A DNA stretch of 32,000 nt, taken from assembly GCA_963704875.1 (NCBI GenBank), contig CAVPIA010000008.1, forward strand, positions 648,498 to 680,497, in the 5' to 3' direction. Made by a program: the position numbers and the translations under genes. Shown piece by piece: positions 7,264 to 16,655 of this stretch. This stretch comes from an uncultured Gammaproteobacteria bacterium. GTDB lineage: Bacteria; Pseudomonadota; Gammaproteobacteria; Steroidobacterales; XN24. The notes under the pieces were generated by a model, which worked only from the letters and a program-made list of their open reading frames with translations, did not search any database and had not been told where the DNA came from. Positions within the stretch are counted from its first letter, which is position 1, and each line of letters begins with the position of its first letter.

Positions 7264-7435
7264 GGCCGCATCGTGTCACACACTGCGCCATTGCCTCGCC
7301 ACCGATCTGCTGGAGTCCGGTTACGACATCCGCACGGGGCAGGAACTGCTGGGCCATAAGGACGTTGCCACCACGATGATGTACACCCATGTGCTCAACA
7401 AGGGCGGGCGAGGTGTGCGGAGCCCGCTGGACTAG
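7235..7435 (+). pseudogene. intI: Integron-integrase (IntI-type tyrosine recombinase) C-terminal remnant, 66 codons
   Basis: This frame is not in the ORF track because it is short and has no start. It reads [66 protein letters not shown]. The pattern HTLRH..AT.LLE.GYDIRT.QELLGH.DV.TTM.YTHVL..GG.GVRSPLD is the box II/catalytic-Tyr C-terminus characteristic of IntI proteins. About 250 N-terminal codons are absent. Confidence 0.8.
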
Positions 7436-7481
7436 CCAGGATGCTAATGGCATTGGGCACACAAGGTGCTGGTCCCCGCTC

Positions 7482-7673
7482 ATGAAGCGGTTCGTCCGGA
7501 ACGCCCAAAAGAGCGAACCACTTTTCGACAATCACGGAATTTGTTTCGAGGAAGTCCTGTTCGACGTAGAGAACGGCGAGGTGCTGGATGTACCCGAACA
7601 CCCAAATCAGGCGCAGCATTGGAATCAGAGGATTCTTATGGTGGCGCCAAGTGAGTACGCGTACCGAATGCCG
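7482..7673 (+). pseudogene. BrnT/DUF497-like toxin gene fragment (N-terminal ~64 codons), 3'-truncated
   Basis: The translation is MKRFVRNAQKSEPLFDNHGICFEEVLFDVENGEVLDVPEHPNQAQHWNQRILMVAPSEYAYRMP. It fits my recollection of a BrnT-like subgroup (..RGI.FEEV...IE.G.VLD..EHPN...YPNQ.I.VV.I..YAY.VP...). The expected C-terminal ...IFLKTIIPSRK.TKKY is missing, and the frame continues only as antisense of the 5'-nucleotidase gene. No antitoxin gene follows. Confidence 0.35.
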
Positions 7674-7690
7674 GGAATACCCGTGCAGCC

Positions 7691-8587
7691 CTATCGCCCG
7701 ACCACGAACGGCACGCGTCCGGTAGGCACTGTCGGGGCGGCGCGCTCGCAATGGGCCGGCTGGTCGTCAAAGAAAATGTGTGGACGGAACGCTTCCAGAA
7801 ACCGGGTCTTGGGCACGCCGCCGAGGAAGAATGCCTCGTCGATGATCACACCCCAGTCCAGCAGAGTACGGATGACGCGTTCATGCGTCGGTCGGCCACG
7901 GGCGGTCACCAGTGCGGTTCGGATCGGTGCCTGGCCGGGAGATGCCCCGCGCTGGATTGCGGACAGGCTCTTGAGGAAACCGGCGAACGGTCCTTCCGCC
8001 AACGGCTGCCGGGCCTTCTCTGTTTCGTTACGTTCAAAGGCTGCTAGACCCTGTTGCTGATAGATCAGCTCTGACTCCCCTGAGAACAAGGTCGCGTCGC
8101 CATCGAAGGCGATGCGGATCTGGTCGATATCCTGATCCTCGCTCCCGGCATAGTCATAGAGTATGGCGGCGCCGATATTGCCGGCAAGCGCGGCCTGGAC
8201 ATCGTCCTCGTACTGGGACAGAAACAGATCGACGCTGAAGGCATGGAGATACGGCGCGAGTGCGGCGCCTCCAGACAAGGCCGCGCGATTCACATCCAGA
8301 CCATAGTGCTCGATCGAGTTGAAGATTCGCAGGCTGGTCTCGGTGGAGTTGCGCGACATGATGACCACTTCGGCACGGCGTCTCTCATCCAGCTGGTTGA
8401 GCCGAAGGATCGCCTTGACCAGCGCGAAGCCGGCGCCCGGCCTGAGCAGCACCGATTCCTGCGCCAGCTGGTGCGCGCGGTAGGCCTCCAGGCCTTGCTC
8501 ACGGAAGATCCGATCTTCCTCACGCAGGTCAAACAAGGCGCGTGAAGCGATCCCCACAACCAGGCATTCGTCTAGTGTCACAGCCAA
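7691..8587 (-). CDS. 5'-nucleotidase family protein (PF06189-type, cN-IA-like), 298 aa
   Basis: The translation IASRALFDLREEDRIFREQGLEAYRAHQL...VVIMSRNSTETSLRIFNSIEHYGLD...IRIAFDGDATLFSGESELIYQQQGLAAF...IRTALVTARGRPTHERVIRTLLDWGV..DEAFFLGG..K...L.AF.PHIFFDDQ matches the conserved blocks of this family. The TTG start at 8587 is preceded by GGGAGG with a 6-nt spacer. Confidence 0.85.
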   Translation of the reverse strand: MAVTLDECLVVGIASRALFDLREEDRIFREQGLEAYRAHQLAQESVLLRPGAGFALVKAILRLNQLDERRRAEVVIMSRNSTETSLRIFNSIEHYGLDVNRAALSGGAALAPYLHAFSVDLFLSQYEDDVQAALAGNIGAAILYDYAGSEDQDIDQIRIAFDGDATLFSGESELIYQQQGLAAFERNETEKARQPLAEGPFAGFLKSLSAIQRGASPGQAPIRTALVTARGRPTHERVIRTLLDWGVIIDEAFFLGGVPKTRFLEAFRPHIFFDDQPAHCERAAPTVPTGRVPFVVGR

Positions 8588-8708
8588 CTCGTTCCTCCCG
8601 GACTCAGGTCACCGGATCCGCTCCGGTGTCTGCAGCAATTATGGCGTATGCATCATTGCGGCTCCATGCCGCCGGCGAGCTCCGTCGCGGGACGATGAAC
8701 CGTTGCAC

Positions 8709-8733
8709 AAAAAAGGCCGGGCATTGCCCGGCC
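8709..8733 (-). terminator. Rho-independent terminator downstream of rplQ (end of the alpha operon)
   Basis: Minus sense reads GGCCGGGC-AAT-GCCCGGCC, a perfect 8-bp GC stem, followed by TTTTTT. It lies 27 nt after the rplQ stop. Confidence 0.85.
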
Positions 8734-8760
8734 TCTTGACTCAATCAAACACGGCGCCGA

Positions 8761-9150
8761 TTAGCTTTCGGCGGTCTCCGCGGCTGGATCGGCGCTGCCG
8801 CCGACCAGCTGAACCAGAGCCATCGGGGCGGCATCGCCGGGACGCAGGCCGATCTTGAGGATCCGCAGATAGCCGCCGGGACGACCCTGATAGCGCGGAC
8901 CAATCTCCTTGAACAGCTTGCCGACCGCTTCCTTGTCACGCAGACGATCGAAAGCACGGCGGCGCTGAGCCACACCATCGACCTTGGCCATGGTGATAAG
9001 CGGTTCAACGACCCGGCGCAATTCCTTGGCCTTCGGCACCGTGGTGCGGATGGCTTCGTGCTTGAGCAGCGAGGCAGTCATGTTGCGATACATGGCTCGA
9101 CGGTGCGAGCTGTTTCGCCCGAGCTGACGGCCAGATTGACGATGGCGCAT
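8761..9150 (-). CDS. rplQ: 50S ribosomal protein L17
   Basis: [24 protein letters not shown]... is the canonical bL17 N-terminus. The gene follows rpoA. Confidence 0.97.
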   Translation of the reverse strand: MRHRQSGRQLGRNSSHRRAMYRNMTASLLKHEAIRTTVPKAKELRRVVEPLITMAKVDGVAQRRRAFDRLRDKEAVGKLFKEIGPRYQGRPGGYLRILKIGLRPGDAAPMALVQLVGGSADPAAETAES

Positions 9151-9181
9151 GATTCCGTTTCCCGATCTTCAGCCGATCGCC

Positions 9182-10183
9182 TTAGGCGACCTGCTCGTCT
9201 TCTTGTCTAAGGCTGGCCGGCGGCCAGTTGTCCAGTCGCATGCCGAGGGCCAGGCTGTGGCTCTCGAGCACCTGCTTGATTTCGGTCAGCGACTTCTTGC
9301 CGAGGTTCGGCGTACGCAGCAATTCGACTTCGGTCCGCTGCACCAGATCACCAATGTAATTGATGTTCTCGGCCTTCAGGCAGTTGGCGGAACGCACTGT
9401 GAGCTCGAGCTCGTCCACCGGGCGCAACAGGATCGGATCGACCTGCGTCTCCGCGCTGCTGGCTGAGGCTTCGGCCTGACCCTTGAGGTCGACGAACACC
9501 GACAGCTGATCCATCAGGATGTTGCCGGCGCGACGAATCGCCTCTTCGGGATCGATGGTGCCGTTGGTCTCGATGTCGATCAGCAGCTTGTCCAGGTCGG
9601 TGCGCTGCTCCACACGGGCCGACTCGACCGTGTAGCTGACACGGCGGACCGGGCTGAACGAGGCGTCAAGCTGCAGACGGCCGATCGGACCGGTCTGCTC
9701 TTCGAATGCCGGACGCAGCGTTGCCGGCTGGTATCCGCGGCCGCGCACGATCTTCAGCCGCATATTCAGTTCACCAGCGCTGGTCAGGGTGGCGATGACC
9801 AGGTCCGGATTGACGATTTCGATGTCGTGATCGACAGTGATATCGCCCGCTGTGACCGGACCCGCGCCCTTCTTGCGCAGCGTCAGTTCGGCTTCGTTAC
9901 GGCTGTGCATGCGGATCGCAACCTGCTTCAGATTGAGCAGGATGTCGACGACGTCTTCCTGCACACCTTCGATGCTGGTGTACTCGTGCAACACGCCTTC
10001 TATTTCGGCCTCGATAATGGCGCTGCCTGGCATCGACGAGAGCAGAATGCGACGCAGCGCATTGCCCAGCGTGTGGCCAAAGCCCCGCTCGAACGGCTCG
10101 ATAACGACCCGCGCAAGGTTCGCAGTCTGGGACTGCACCTTGACGACGCGCGGCTTGAGAAAATCTGTAACGGAATCGGGCAT
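9182..10183 (-). CDS. rpoA: DNA-directed RNA polymerase alpha subunit, 333 aa
   Basis: Contains ...[23 protein letters not shown]... and the C-terminal domain ...[45 protein letters not shown]. Position in the alpha operon is as expected. Confidence 0.98.
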   Translation of the reverse strand: MPDSVTDFLKPRVVKVQSQTANLARVVIEPFERGFGHTLGNALRRILLSSMPGSAIIEAEIEGVLHEYTSIEGVQEDVVDILLNLKQVAIRMHSRNEAELTLRKKGAGPVTAGDITVDHDIEIVNPDLVIATLTSAGELNMRLKIVRGRGYQPATLRPAFEEQTGPIGRLQLDASFSPVRRVSYTVESARVEQRTDLDKLLIDIETNGTIDPEEAIRRAGNILMDQLSVFVDLKGQAEASASSAETQVDPILLRPVDELELTVRSANCLKAENINYIGDLVQRTEVELLRTPNLGKKSLTEIKQVLESHSLALGMRLDNWPPASLRQEDEQVA

Positions 10184-10201
10184 GGCTATAAGCCTCGGCT
10201 A

Positions 10202-10822
10202 TTACTTGGAGTAGAGCTCCACAACCAGGTTTTCGTTGATGTCGGGGAGGATATCGCCCCGGTCAGGGAGCTGTTTCAGAGTCCCTGTCATCTTCTTCTC
10301 GTCGACTTCCACCCACTCGGGGAAACCGACCTGGCTTGCGATGGACAGCGCGCTTTGGATACGCAGCTGCTTTCTCGATCTTTCACGGACGGAGACGACG
10401 TCCCCGCCATTGACCTGATACGAGGGAATATTTACGAGATCGTCGTTCACCCGGATGCCCTTGTGGCTGACCAGCTGACGCGCCTCGGCACGGGTGGAAG
10501 CAAAGCCCATCCGGTAGACGACGTTGTCCAGGCGACCTTCCAGCAACTGCAACAGGTTCTCGCCGGTCGAGCCCTTCTGGCCCGCCGCCTTCTTGTAGTA
10601 GTTGCGGAACTGCTTCTCGAGCACTCCGTACATACGACGCAACTTCTGCTTTTCACGCAGCTGCAGACCGTAGTCCGAGATCCGCGGGCGTCGCTGCGGC
10701 GCGCCACCTGGCGGCACTGTCAACTTGCACTTGGATTCCAGCGGGCGCACGCCACTCTTGAGAAACAAGTCGGTGCCTTCGCGGCGTGACAACTTGCACT
10801 TGGGTCCGAGATATCTAGCCAT
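10202..10822 (-). CDS. rpsD: 30S ribosomal protein S4
   Basis: [24 protein letters not shown]... Full length, 206 aa. Confidence 0.98.
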   Translation of the reverse strand: MARYLGPKCKLSRREGTDLFLKSGVRPLESKCKLTVPPGGAPQRRPRISDYGLQLREKQKLRRMYGVLEKQFRNYYKKAAGQKGSTGENLLQLLEGRLDNVVYRMGFASTRAEARQLVSHKGIRVNDDLVNIPSYQVNGGDVVSVRERSRKQLRIQSALSIASQVGFPEWVEVDEKKMTGTLKQLPDRGDILPDINENLVVELYSK

Positions 10823-10836
10823 GACCTATTTCTCCG

Positions 10837-11226
10837 TCACACCCGGCGCTTCTTGGGCGGCCGGCAGCCATTGTGTGGAATTGGCGTGACGTCCGCGATC
10901 TGCGAGATCCGGAAACCCACCGCGTTGAGCGAACGAACCGCGGATTCGCGACCCGGCCCGGGGCCTTTGACCCGGACTTCCATGTTTTGTACGCCGTATT
11001 CCTTGGCTGCCAGTCCGGCCTTCTCCGCCGCAACCTGGGCAGCGAAGGGCGTGCTCTTGCGTGAACCACGGAAACCGCAGCCACCAGAAGTCGCCCAGGA
11101 CAAGGCGTTACCCTGGCGGTCGGTGATGGTGATGATCGTGTTGTTGAAAGACGCGTGGATGTGAGCGATGGCATCGACCACCGTCTTCTTTACTTTCTTT
11201 CGCGTCTTTGTCGTCGGCTTTGCCAT
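10837..11226 (-). CDS. rpsK: 30S ribosomal protein S11
   Basis: Contains ...[43 protein letters not shown]... Confidence 0.98.
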   Translation of the reverse strand: MAKPTTKTRKKVKKTVVDAIAHIHASFNNTIITITDRQGNALSWATSGGCGFRGSRKSTPFAAQVAAEKAGLAAKEYGVQNMEVRVKGPGPGRESAVRSLNAVGFRISQIADVTPIPHNGCRPPKKRRV

Positions 11227-11282
11227 AGTGCCTACCTAATTAGTCCCGTCATTGCTGCTGACGTTCTGATGTGCCCTGGAGT

Positions 11283-11334
11283 TGATCCCGGCGGACGTCC
11301 CTTTGACGTCTTTGGGTCATCTGATCCCGGGCGG
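11283..11334. repeat. Palindrome flanked by 12-13-nt direct repeats in the expanded rpsM-rpsK spacer
   Basis: TGATCCCGGCGG (11283-11294) and TGATCCCGGGCGG (11322-11334) flank GACGTC-CCTTT-GACGTC (11294-11310). The whole rpsM-rpsK spacer is 109 nt. Confidence 0.5.
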
Positions 11335-11335
11335 C

Positions 11336-11692
11336 TTACTTGCGGATCGCACGCCGCGGACCCTTGCGGGTGCGGGCGTTGGTGCGCGTACGCTGGCCGC
11401 GCAACGGCAGCCCCCGACGATGACGGATACCCCGGTACGAACCGAGGTCCATCAAGCGCTTGATATTCATAGAAATATCGCGGCGCAGATCACCTTCGAC
11501 CATATGCTTGGAAACGATCGCGCGAATCTGATCGACCTCAGGCTCGCTGAGATCCTTGATCTTCACATCAGGCTCGATTCCGGCCGCGGCACAGATCTTG
11601 CGCGCAGTCGAGCGGCCGATCCCATAGATATGGGTCAGCGCAATCACTGCATGCTTGTGTGGGGGGACATTAATCCCTGCAATACGCGCCAT
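11336..11692 (-). CDS. rpsM: 30S ribosomal protein S13
   Basis: [30 protein letters not shown]... 118 aa. Confidence 0.98.
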   Translation of the reverse strand: MARIAGINVPPHKHAVIALTHIYGIGRSTARKICAAAGIEPDVKIKDLSEPEVDQIRAIVSKHMVEGDLRRDISMNIKRLMDLGSYRGIRHRRGLPLRGQRTRTNARTRKGPRRAIRK

Positions 11693-11736
11693 TTAGACTG
11701 ACTCCTGTAAGCCGCGCGAAACCGAACAATTTACCG

Positions 11737-11762
11737 TAAAAGCAGCGCTCCTTCAAGCGCTG
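11737..11762 (-). terminator. Weak terminator/attenuator-like hairpin just after rpmJ
   Basis: Minus sense reads CAGCGCT-TGAAGG-AGCGCTG, a 7-bp stem starting 1 nt after the rpmJ stop, followed by CTTTTAC. The U-tract is short, so read-through into rpsM is likely. Confidence 0.4.
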
Positions 11763-11763
11763 A

Positions 11764-11877
11764 TCAACCCTGCCGCTGTTTGTGGCGGGCGTCGGTGCAG
11801 ATAACCCGCACCACGCCGTGACGGCGGACAATCTTGCAATTCCGGCAGATTTTCTTGACCGATGCTCTAACTTTCAT
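11764..11877 (-). CDS. rpmJ: 50S ribosomal protein L36 (Zn-ribbon C+ form), 37 aa
   Basis: Not in the ORF track because it is shorter than 60 aa. My hand translation of the minus strand gives [37 protein letters not shown]. It lies between secY and rpsM as expected. Confidence 0.95.
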   Translation of the reverse strand: MKVRASVKKICRNCKIVRRHGVVRVICTDARHKQRQG

Positions 11878-11907
11878 TTCACTCTCCCGAAGCGGAAGCT
11901 GCCGCGC

Positions 11908-13257
11908 CTAGCGGACCCGCCCCGCACGGCCATGACCCTTGAGGTTGGCCTTCTTAAGCATGCCCTCGTACTGATGGCTCATCATGTGAGCCTGCAGTTG
12001 CGACATGAAATCCATTACCACCACCACGATGATCAGCAGCGAAGTACCGCCGAAGTAAAACGGCACATTCCAGTACATCCGCATCAGCTCCGGCATCAGA
12101 CAGACGGCGGTGACATATACCGCGCCCCAGAAGGTCAGCCGGGTCAGCACCGCGTCAATGTATTCGCCGGTCTGCTTGCCTGGCCGGATACCGGGGATAA
12201 ACGCACCGGACCGCTTCAGGTTGTCTGCGGTCTCGCGCGAGTTGAACACCAGCGCGGTATAGAAGAAGCAGAAGAAGATAATCAGCGCTGCATACAGCAC
12301 GGTGTAGACCGGCTGTCCGGGCGCCAGGCTGCCAGAAATCCGCTGCAGCCAGCCGAATCCCTCGCTGGTACCGAACCACTGCGCGATCGTGGCCGGAAAC
12401 AGGATGATACTGGAGGCAAAAATCGGCGGAATCACGCCCGACATATTCAGTTTGAACGGCAGGTGGGTGCTTTGACCCTGGACCATGCGCCGGCCCTGCT
12501 GCCGCTTCGCATAGTGGACCGTAATCCGCCGCTGGGCGCGCTCGACGAAAGACACAAAACCGGTCACGGCGATGATCAGCACAAACAGAATCAGCGCCAG
12601 CGCCGCAGCCATCTCACCGGTGCGCACCAGCTCCAGCGTGCCGCCGACCGCGGCTGGCAATCCGGCGATGATGCTCGACAGAATAATCATCGAGATGCCG
12701 TTGCCGATGCCCCGCTCGGTGACCTGCTCGCCCAGCCACATCAGGAACACGGTGCCGGTGATCAGGGTAACCGCAGCGGTAAACACGAACTGGGACCCAG
12801 GTGCGATAACGACGCCCTGGTTCTGAAAAGCGATCGCGGCACCGATGGACTGGAACGTTGCCAGACCGACCGTACCGTACCGGGTGTATTGCGTGATTTT
12901 GCGTCTGCCGGCCTCGCCTTCCTTTTTCAGCTGAGCCAGAGACGGCACTACGACGGCCATCATCTGCATGATAATGGACGCGGAAATATACGGCATGATG
13001 CCCAGCGCGAAGATACTCAGGCGCTCAAGCGCACCACCGGAGAACATGTTGAACACGCTCAGGATAGTGCCTTCCTGCTGCTCGAAGAAGCTGGCCAGCG
13101 CTTCCGGATCGATCCCAGGCACCGGGATAAATGTTCCGATGCGATAGACGATCAGGGCGCCGATCAGAAACACCAGACGCTTGCGCAGCTCGGAGAAGCG
13201 GGTTGCTTCGCCGAGGGCCAATGCCGGGTTCGAGCTTATGCCTTTGGATTTCGCCAC
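11908..13257 (-). CDS. secY: Preprotein translocase subunit SecY, 449 aa
   Basis: Contains ...[28 protein letters not shown]... and multiple TM segments. I place the start at GTG 13257 ((V)AKSKGISS...), 14 nt after the rplO stop. The ORF-track start at 13305 would overlap rplO. Confidence 0.93.
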   Translation of the reverse strand: MAKSKGISSNPALALGEATRFSELRKRLVFLIGALIVYRIGTFIPVPGIDPEALASFFEQQEGTILSVFNMFSGGALERLSIFALGIMPYISASIIMQMMAVVVPSLAQLKKEGEAGRRKITQYTRYGTVGLATFQSIGAAIAFQNQGVVIAPGSQFVFTAAVTLITGTVFLMWLGEQVTERGIGNGISMIILSSIIAGLPAAVGGTLELVRTGEMAAALALILFVLIIAVTGFVSFVERAQRRITVHYAKRQQGRRMVQGQSTHLPFKLNMSGVIPPIFASSIILFPATIAQWFGTSEGFGWLQRISGSLAPGQPVYTVLYAALIIFFCFFYTALVFNSRETADNLKRSGAFIPGIRPGKQTGEYIDAVLTRLTFWGAVYVTAVCLMPELMRMYWNVPFYFGGTSLLIIVVVVMDFMSQLQAHMMSHQYEGMLKKANLKGHGRAGRVR

Positions 13258-13273
13258 GATCAGGTTCCCTGGA

Positions 13274-13708
13274 TCAGGCCTCGACGCTGCCGCCGGCAGC
13301 CTCAATCGCGGTGCGGGCGCCGGCAGTCACCAGCAGCCCCTTGACGGTAATCGCGCGCTCGATCTTGCCCGACGCGATCACCTTGATGCGCTGGGCGCGC
13401 TGCGACACGATGCCGGCACGCTTGAGCACCAGCTCGTCCACCACGTCGCCATCGATCTTGGCCAGTTCATGCAGACGCACTTCGGCCGCGAAGCGCGCCT
13501 TGCGTGACGCGAATCCGACTTTCGGCAAACGACGCTGCAGCGGCATCTGACCGCCCTCGAAACCGACCTTGTGATAGCCGCCGGAACGCGCGTGCTGTCC
13601 CTTCACGCCGCGACCACTGGTCTTGCCCTGACCCGCGGAATGTCCGCGGCCCAGGCGCTTGCCAGGCTTACGGCTGCCGGCATCGGGCTTTATCGTATTC
13701 AGACGCAT
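13274..13708 (-). CDS. rplO: 50S ribosomal protein L15
   Basis: [37 protein letters not shown]... Confidence 0.98.
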   Translation of the reverse strand: MRLNTIKPDAGSRKPGKRLGRGHSAGQGKTSGRGVKGQHARSGGYHKVGFEGGQMPLQRRLPKVGFASRKARFAAEVRLHELAKIDGDVVDELVLKRAGIVSQRAQRIKVIASGKIERAITVKGLLVTAGARTAIEAAGGSVEA

Positions 13709-13709
13709 C

Positions 13710-13913
13710 TCAGCCTTCCTCTACCTGCAACAGGTAAGAAACCTTGTTGATCATGCCCCGATTCTCCGGGGTATCGATCACCGTGACAGTGTGATTAATC
13801 CGGCGCAGACCCAGACCTGCAACGCAGGCCTTGTGGCTCGCGAGGCGGCCGTTGGTGCTGCGGACCAGCTTCACCTTCAGGCTCGACGCGGATTTGCTTT
13901 TCTTTCCAGCCAT
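13710..13913 (-). CDS. rpmD: 50S ribosomal protein L30, 67 aa
   Basis: The start is at the internal ATG ([19 protein letters not shown]...), just after the rpsE stop. The 16-codon upstream extension in the ORF track overlaps rpsE. Confidence 0.95.
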   Translation of the reverse strand: MAGKKSKSASSLKVKLVRSTNGRLASHKACVAGLGLRRINHTVTVIDTPENRGMINKVSYLLQVEEG

Positions 13914-13917
13914 TGTT

Positions 13918-14424
13918 CTAACCCAGAATCTGTTCCACGGTCTTGCCCCGCTTGGCCGCAATGGCCTTGGGGGAGTTCATGTCAGCGAGAGCACTGATCG
14001 TCGCCCGCACCACGTTGATGGGGTTACGCGAACCGTAGCTCTTGGCCAGCACGTTGCGCACTCCCGCGCATTCGAACACCGCGCGCATCGCGCCACCGGC
14101 GATGACGCCGGTACCATCCGAGGCGGGCTGCATGTACACCTTGGTGGCGCCATGGTTACCGACCATTGCGTACTGCAAAGTGTCGCCGCGCAGGTGTACC
14201 CGCTGCATGTTCTTGCGCGCCGCCTGCATTGCCTTCTGGATCGCCAACGGCACTTCGCGTGCCTTGCCGTAGCCAAAGCCAACACGGCCCTCGCCGTCGC
14301 CGACCACGGTCAGTGCGGTGAAGCCGAACTGGCGTCCGCCCTTGACCACCTTGGCGACTCGATTGATGGTGACGAGCTTCTCAATGAGGTCGTCGCCCGC
14401 GCTATTTCTGTCTGGTGCTGCCAT
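13918..14424 (-). CDS. rpsE: 30S ribosomal protein S5
   Basis: Contains ...[47 protein letters not shown]... Confidence 0.98.
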   Translation of the reverse strand: MAAPDRNSAGDDLIEKLVTINRVAKVVKGGRQFGFTALTVVGDGEGRVGFGYGKAREVPLAIQKAMQAARKNMQRVHLRGDTLQYAMVGNHGATKVYMQPASDGTGVIAGGAMRAVFECAGVRNVLAKSYGSRNPINVVRATISALADMNSPKAIAAKRGKTVEQILG

Positions 14425-14448
14425 ACCGATTTAACCCCTGGCCGGCGT

Positions 14449-14802
14449 TCAGAATTCGAGGCCGGTTTCGCGCGCAGCTTCCGCCAACGCCTTCACCCGA
14501 CCGTGATACTTGAAGCCGGAACGGTCGAACGAAACGCGAGTGATTCCCGCTTCCTTCGCCCTTTCGGCTATCAGTTTGCCGACGGCCGCTGCCGCCGCGA
14601 TATTGCCCGTGGACTTCAGGTCCGCCCGCAATGCACCCTGCAGGGTCGATGCGGTGGCTATGACCTTGCCGCCGTCCGGCCCGAGCACCTGGGCATAGAT
14701 ATGCCTTGGCGTACGGTGCACGCTCAAACGATAAGCGCCCAGCTCACGGAGCTTGGCGCGGCCTCGCCGGGCGCGGCGCAAACGAGTCTGCTTCTTATCC
14801 AT
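14449..14802 (-). CDS. rplR: 50S ribosomal protein L18
   Basis: [39 protein letters not shown]... Confidence 0.98.
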   Translation of the reverse strand: MDKKQTRLRRARRGRAKLRELGAYRLSVHRTPRHIYAQVLGPDGGKVIATASTLQGALRADLKSTGNIAAAAAVGKLIAERAKEAGITRVSFDRSGFKYHGRVKALAEAARETGLEF

Positions 14803-14814
14803 GCCTAGACCTGC

Positions 14815-15348
14815 CTACTTCTTCTTCGCTTCTTTCATAACTACCCGCTCATCGGCATACCGCACGCCCTTGCCCTTATATGGCTCCGGCGGACGATAAC
14901 GACGAATCTCGGCAGCAACCTGGCCTACGACCTGCTTGTCGATACCCCTGACCACAACTTCCGTCTGGCTCGGCGTCTCGACGGTGATGCCTGCGGGCAC
15001 TTCGTAATCCACCGGGTGCGAGAAACCGAGCGTCAAATTCAGATTCTGACCCTTGGCCTGGGCGCGATAACCCACGCCCCTGAGCTCGAGTTTGCGCTCG
15101 AAACCCTCGGATACGCCGGCAACCATATTGGCCAGCAATGCCCGGGTCGTACCGGCCATCGCCTGGATCTTGCGATCGACGCTGCTACCGGCGATCTGCA
15201 CGCCCTGCTCATCCTGCTCAATGCCGATATTCGGCTGCAGGTCCAGCGACAGTGAGCCCTTCGGGCCTTTGACTGTCACGCTGTTCCCGTCGACCTTGAG
15301 TTCGACACCCTTAGGCAAGGTGATCAGTTTTTTTGCGACTCTGGACAT
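14815..15348 (-). CDS. rplF: 50S ribosomal protein L6
   Basis: [31 protein letters not shown]... 177 aa. Confidence 0.98.
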   Translation of the reverse strand: MSRVAKKLITLPKGVELKVDGNSVTVKGPKGSLSLDLQPNIGIEQDEQGVQIAGSSVDRKIQAMAGTTRALLANMVAGVSEGFERKLELRGVGYRAQAKGQNLNLTLGFSHPVDYEVPAGITVETPSQTEVVVRGIDKQVVGQVAAEIRRYRPPEPYKGKGVRYADERVVMKEAKKK

Positions 15349-15376
15349 CTCAATTTCTCTCGCCGTTTCCGGCTGC

Positions 15377-15772
15377 TTACGAAACTACGCAGAGGATCTC
15401 GCCGCCCTGGCCCTGAGCCCTGGCATCACGGTCACTCATCACGCCTTTGGAAGTGGAGACCACGGCAATGCCGAGTCCGCCCATTACCGTCGGCAATTCA
15501 TCCTTGTTCTTGTAAACCCGGCAACCCGGCTTGCTTACCCGATCAACCGTCTCGATCACCGGCTTGCCGGAGAAGTACTTGAGTTCGATCGACAGCAATT
15601 CCTTGGCGCCGTCCTTGTCGGCGCTGAAGTCGGCTATGTAGCCTTCGTCCTTCAGTACCTTCAACACCGCCTTCTTCAAACCCGAGGCAGGCGCGACGAC
15701 ACGCGTCTTGCCAGCCTTCTGGCCATTACGGATGCGGGTCAACAAATCGGCAACTGGATCAGTCATGCTCAT
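15377..15772 (-). CDS. rpsH: 30S ribosomal protein S8
   Basis: [22 protein letters not shown]... Confidence 0.98.
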   Translation of the reverse strand: MSMTDPVADLLTRIRNGQKAGKTRVVAPASGLKKAVLKVLKDEGYIADFSADKDGAKELLSIELKYFSGKPVIETVDRVSKPGCRVYKNKDELPTVMGGLGIAVVSTSKGVMSDRDARAQGQGGEILCVVS

Positions 15773-15783
15773 GATGTCATTCC

Positions 15784-16089
15784 TTACCAGCTGGCCTTGG
15801 TCAATCCGGGGATCTCGCCAGCCATGGCGGTCTCGCGGAGCTTGTTCCGGCCAAGACCGAACTTACGATAAAAGCCATGCGGCCGACCGGTGATCTGACA
15901 GCGGTTATGCAAGCGCGAAGGGCTGGCGTCCCGCGGCAGCGCATGGAGCTTGGCCATTGCCTGGTCGCGCTCATCTTCAGAGCTCATCGGATTACGGATG
16001 ATCTCTTTGAATTTAGCGCGCTTGGCCGCGTATCTGGCCACCGTCTTGGCGCGTTTCCGCTCCCGCTCGAGCATTGATTTCTTAGCCAT
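15784..16089 (-). CDS. rpsN: 30S ribosomal protein S14 (long, non-zinc form), 101 aa
   Basis: [31 protein letters not shown]... ends ...[11 protein letters not shown]. Confidence 0.98.
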   Translation of the reverse strand: MAKKSMLERERKRAKTVARYAAKRAKFKEIIRNPMSSEDERDQAMAKLHALPRDASPSRLHNRCQITGRPHGFYRKFGLGRNKLRETAMAGEIPGLTKASW

Positions 16090-16101
16090 CGGAACCGTTC
16101 C

Positions 16102-16641
16102 TCACTTGCGGAAGGGGAAATCGAACGCTTCGAGTAGCGCCCGCCCCTCCTCGTCATTCTTCGCACTGGTGGTGATCGTGATGTTCAGACCACGCAACTC
16201 ATCGATCTGGTCATAGTCCACTTCCGGGAAGATGATCTGTTCCCGCACGCCCATGTTGTAATTGCCGCGGCCGTCAAAAGACTTCGCGCTCATACCACGG
16301 AAGTCGCGGACACGCGGGATCGCGATGTTGATCAGACGATCGAGAAACTCGAACATCCGTTCGCGCCGGAGCGTGACCTTGCAACCCACCGGCCAGCCAT
16401 CGCGAATCTTGAAACTGGCGACCGAGCGGCGGGCATTGGTGACCAGCGGCTTCTGCCCGGTGATCTTGACCATATCCCCTACCGCGTGATCGAGGATCTT
16501 GCGATCGCGCACAGTCTCGCCGACACCCATGTTGACGGTGATCTTCTGGATTCGCGGCACTTCCATGGGATTGGTCAGCCCGAGCTTTTTCTGGAGCTGA
16601 GACACCACGGTATCGCGATAATACGTTTGCAGTCTTGACAT
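16102..16641 (-). CDS. rplE: 50S ribosomal protein L5
   Basis: [42 protein letters not shown]... Confidence 0.98.
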   Translation of the reverse strand: MSRLQTYYRDTVVSQLQKKLGLTNPMEVPRIQKITVNMGVGETVRDRKILDHAVGDMVKITGQKPLVTNARRSVASFKIRDGWPVGCKVTLRRERMFEFLDRLINIAIPRVRDFRGMSAKSFDGRGNYNMGVREQIIFPEVDYDQIDELRGLNITITTSAKNDEEGRALLEAFDFPFRK

Positions 16642-16655
16642 TTCTGCGACCTGGA

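Larger units (their letters stand above)
3247..7690. mobile_element. Degenerate chromosomal integron / CALIN-like patch: intI remnant plus attC-bounded cassettes, with embedded unrelated gene(s)
   Basis: Contains an IntI-type C-terminal fragment at 7235-7435 (+). Same-orientation small unrelated ORFs lie on the minus strand toward its missing 5' end, separated by RYYYAAC/GTTRRRY-ended imperfect palindromes. Nt ~3250-5250 and 7440-7680 are visibly AT-richer than the flanks (by eye, not computed). The patch is bounded by the stop codons of convergent fdsA and the 5'-nucleotidase gene. Confidence 0.6.

Noticed and set aside
7395-7751. A 118-aa minus-strand ORF (…MLRLIWVFGYIQHLAVLYVEQDFLE…).
   Set aside because: It is antisense to both the toxin-like fragment and the intI remnant and overlaps the 3' end of the 5'-nucleotidase gene. 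No motif is recognisable.
7389-8060. A 223-aa plus-strand ORF spanning the intI remnant end, the toxin-like fragment and part of the 5'-nucleotidase gene.
   Set aside because: Only residues ~32-95 (7482-7673) look protein-like (BrnT-like). The upstream part overlaps the intI remnant and the downstream part is antisense to the well-supported 5'-nucleotidase gene.
8610-8628. A CACCGGA-TCCGC-TCCGGTG hairpin in the 5' UTR of the 5'-nucleotidase gene.
   Set aside because: It is a short 7-bp stem with no associated promoter, U-tract or recognisable riboswitch-like context. It could easily be chance in GC-rich DNA.
13258-13305. N-terminal extensions offered by the ORF track for secY (13305), rpmD (13961), rplX (17027), rplV (19426), rplC (22135), rpsJ (22556) and rpmC (17899).
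   Set aside because: Each extension overlaps the preceding gene or starts at a non-ATG codon. The canonical conserved N-termini begin at the internal starts used in the feature table.
11782-13344. A 520-aa plus-strand ORF opposite secY. Similar long antisense ORFs occur at 24217-25986 (589 aa, opposite fusA), 27169-28467 (432 aa, opposite rpoC), 19631-20881 (416 aa, opposite rplB/rplW), 22845-23876 (343 aa, opposite tuf), 9827-10789 (opposite rpoA/rpsD), 13831-14808 (opposite rpsE/rplR), 5417-6502 (opposite the SDR gene) and 2170-2928 (opposite fdsA).
   Set aside because: All are mirror frames of unmistakable conserved genes in high-GC DNA, where stop codons are rare in the antisense frames. 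Their translations are Arg/His/Leu/Gly-rich with no recognisable motifs.
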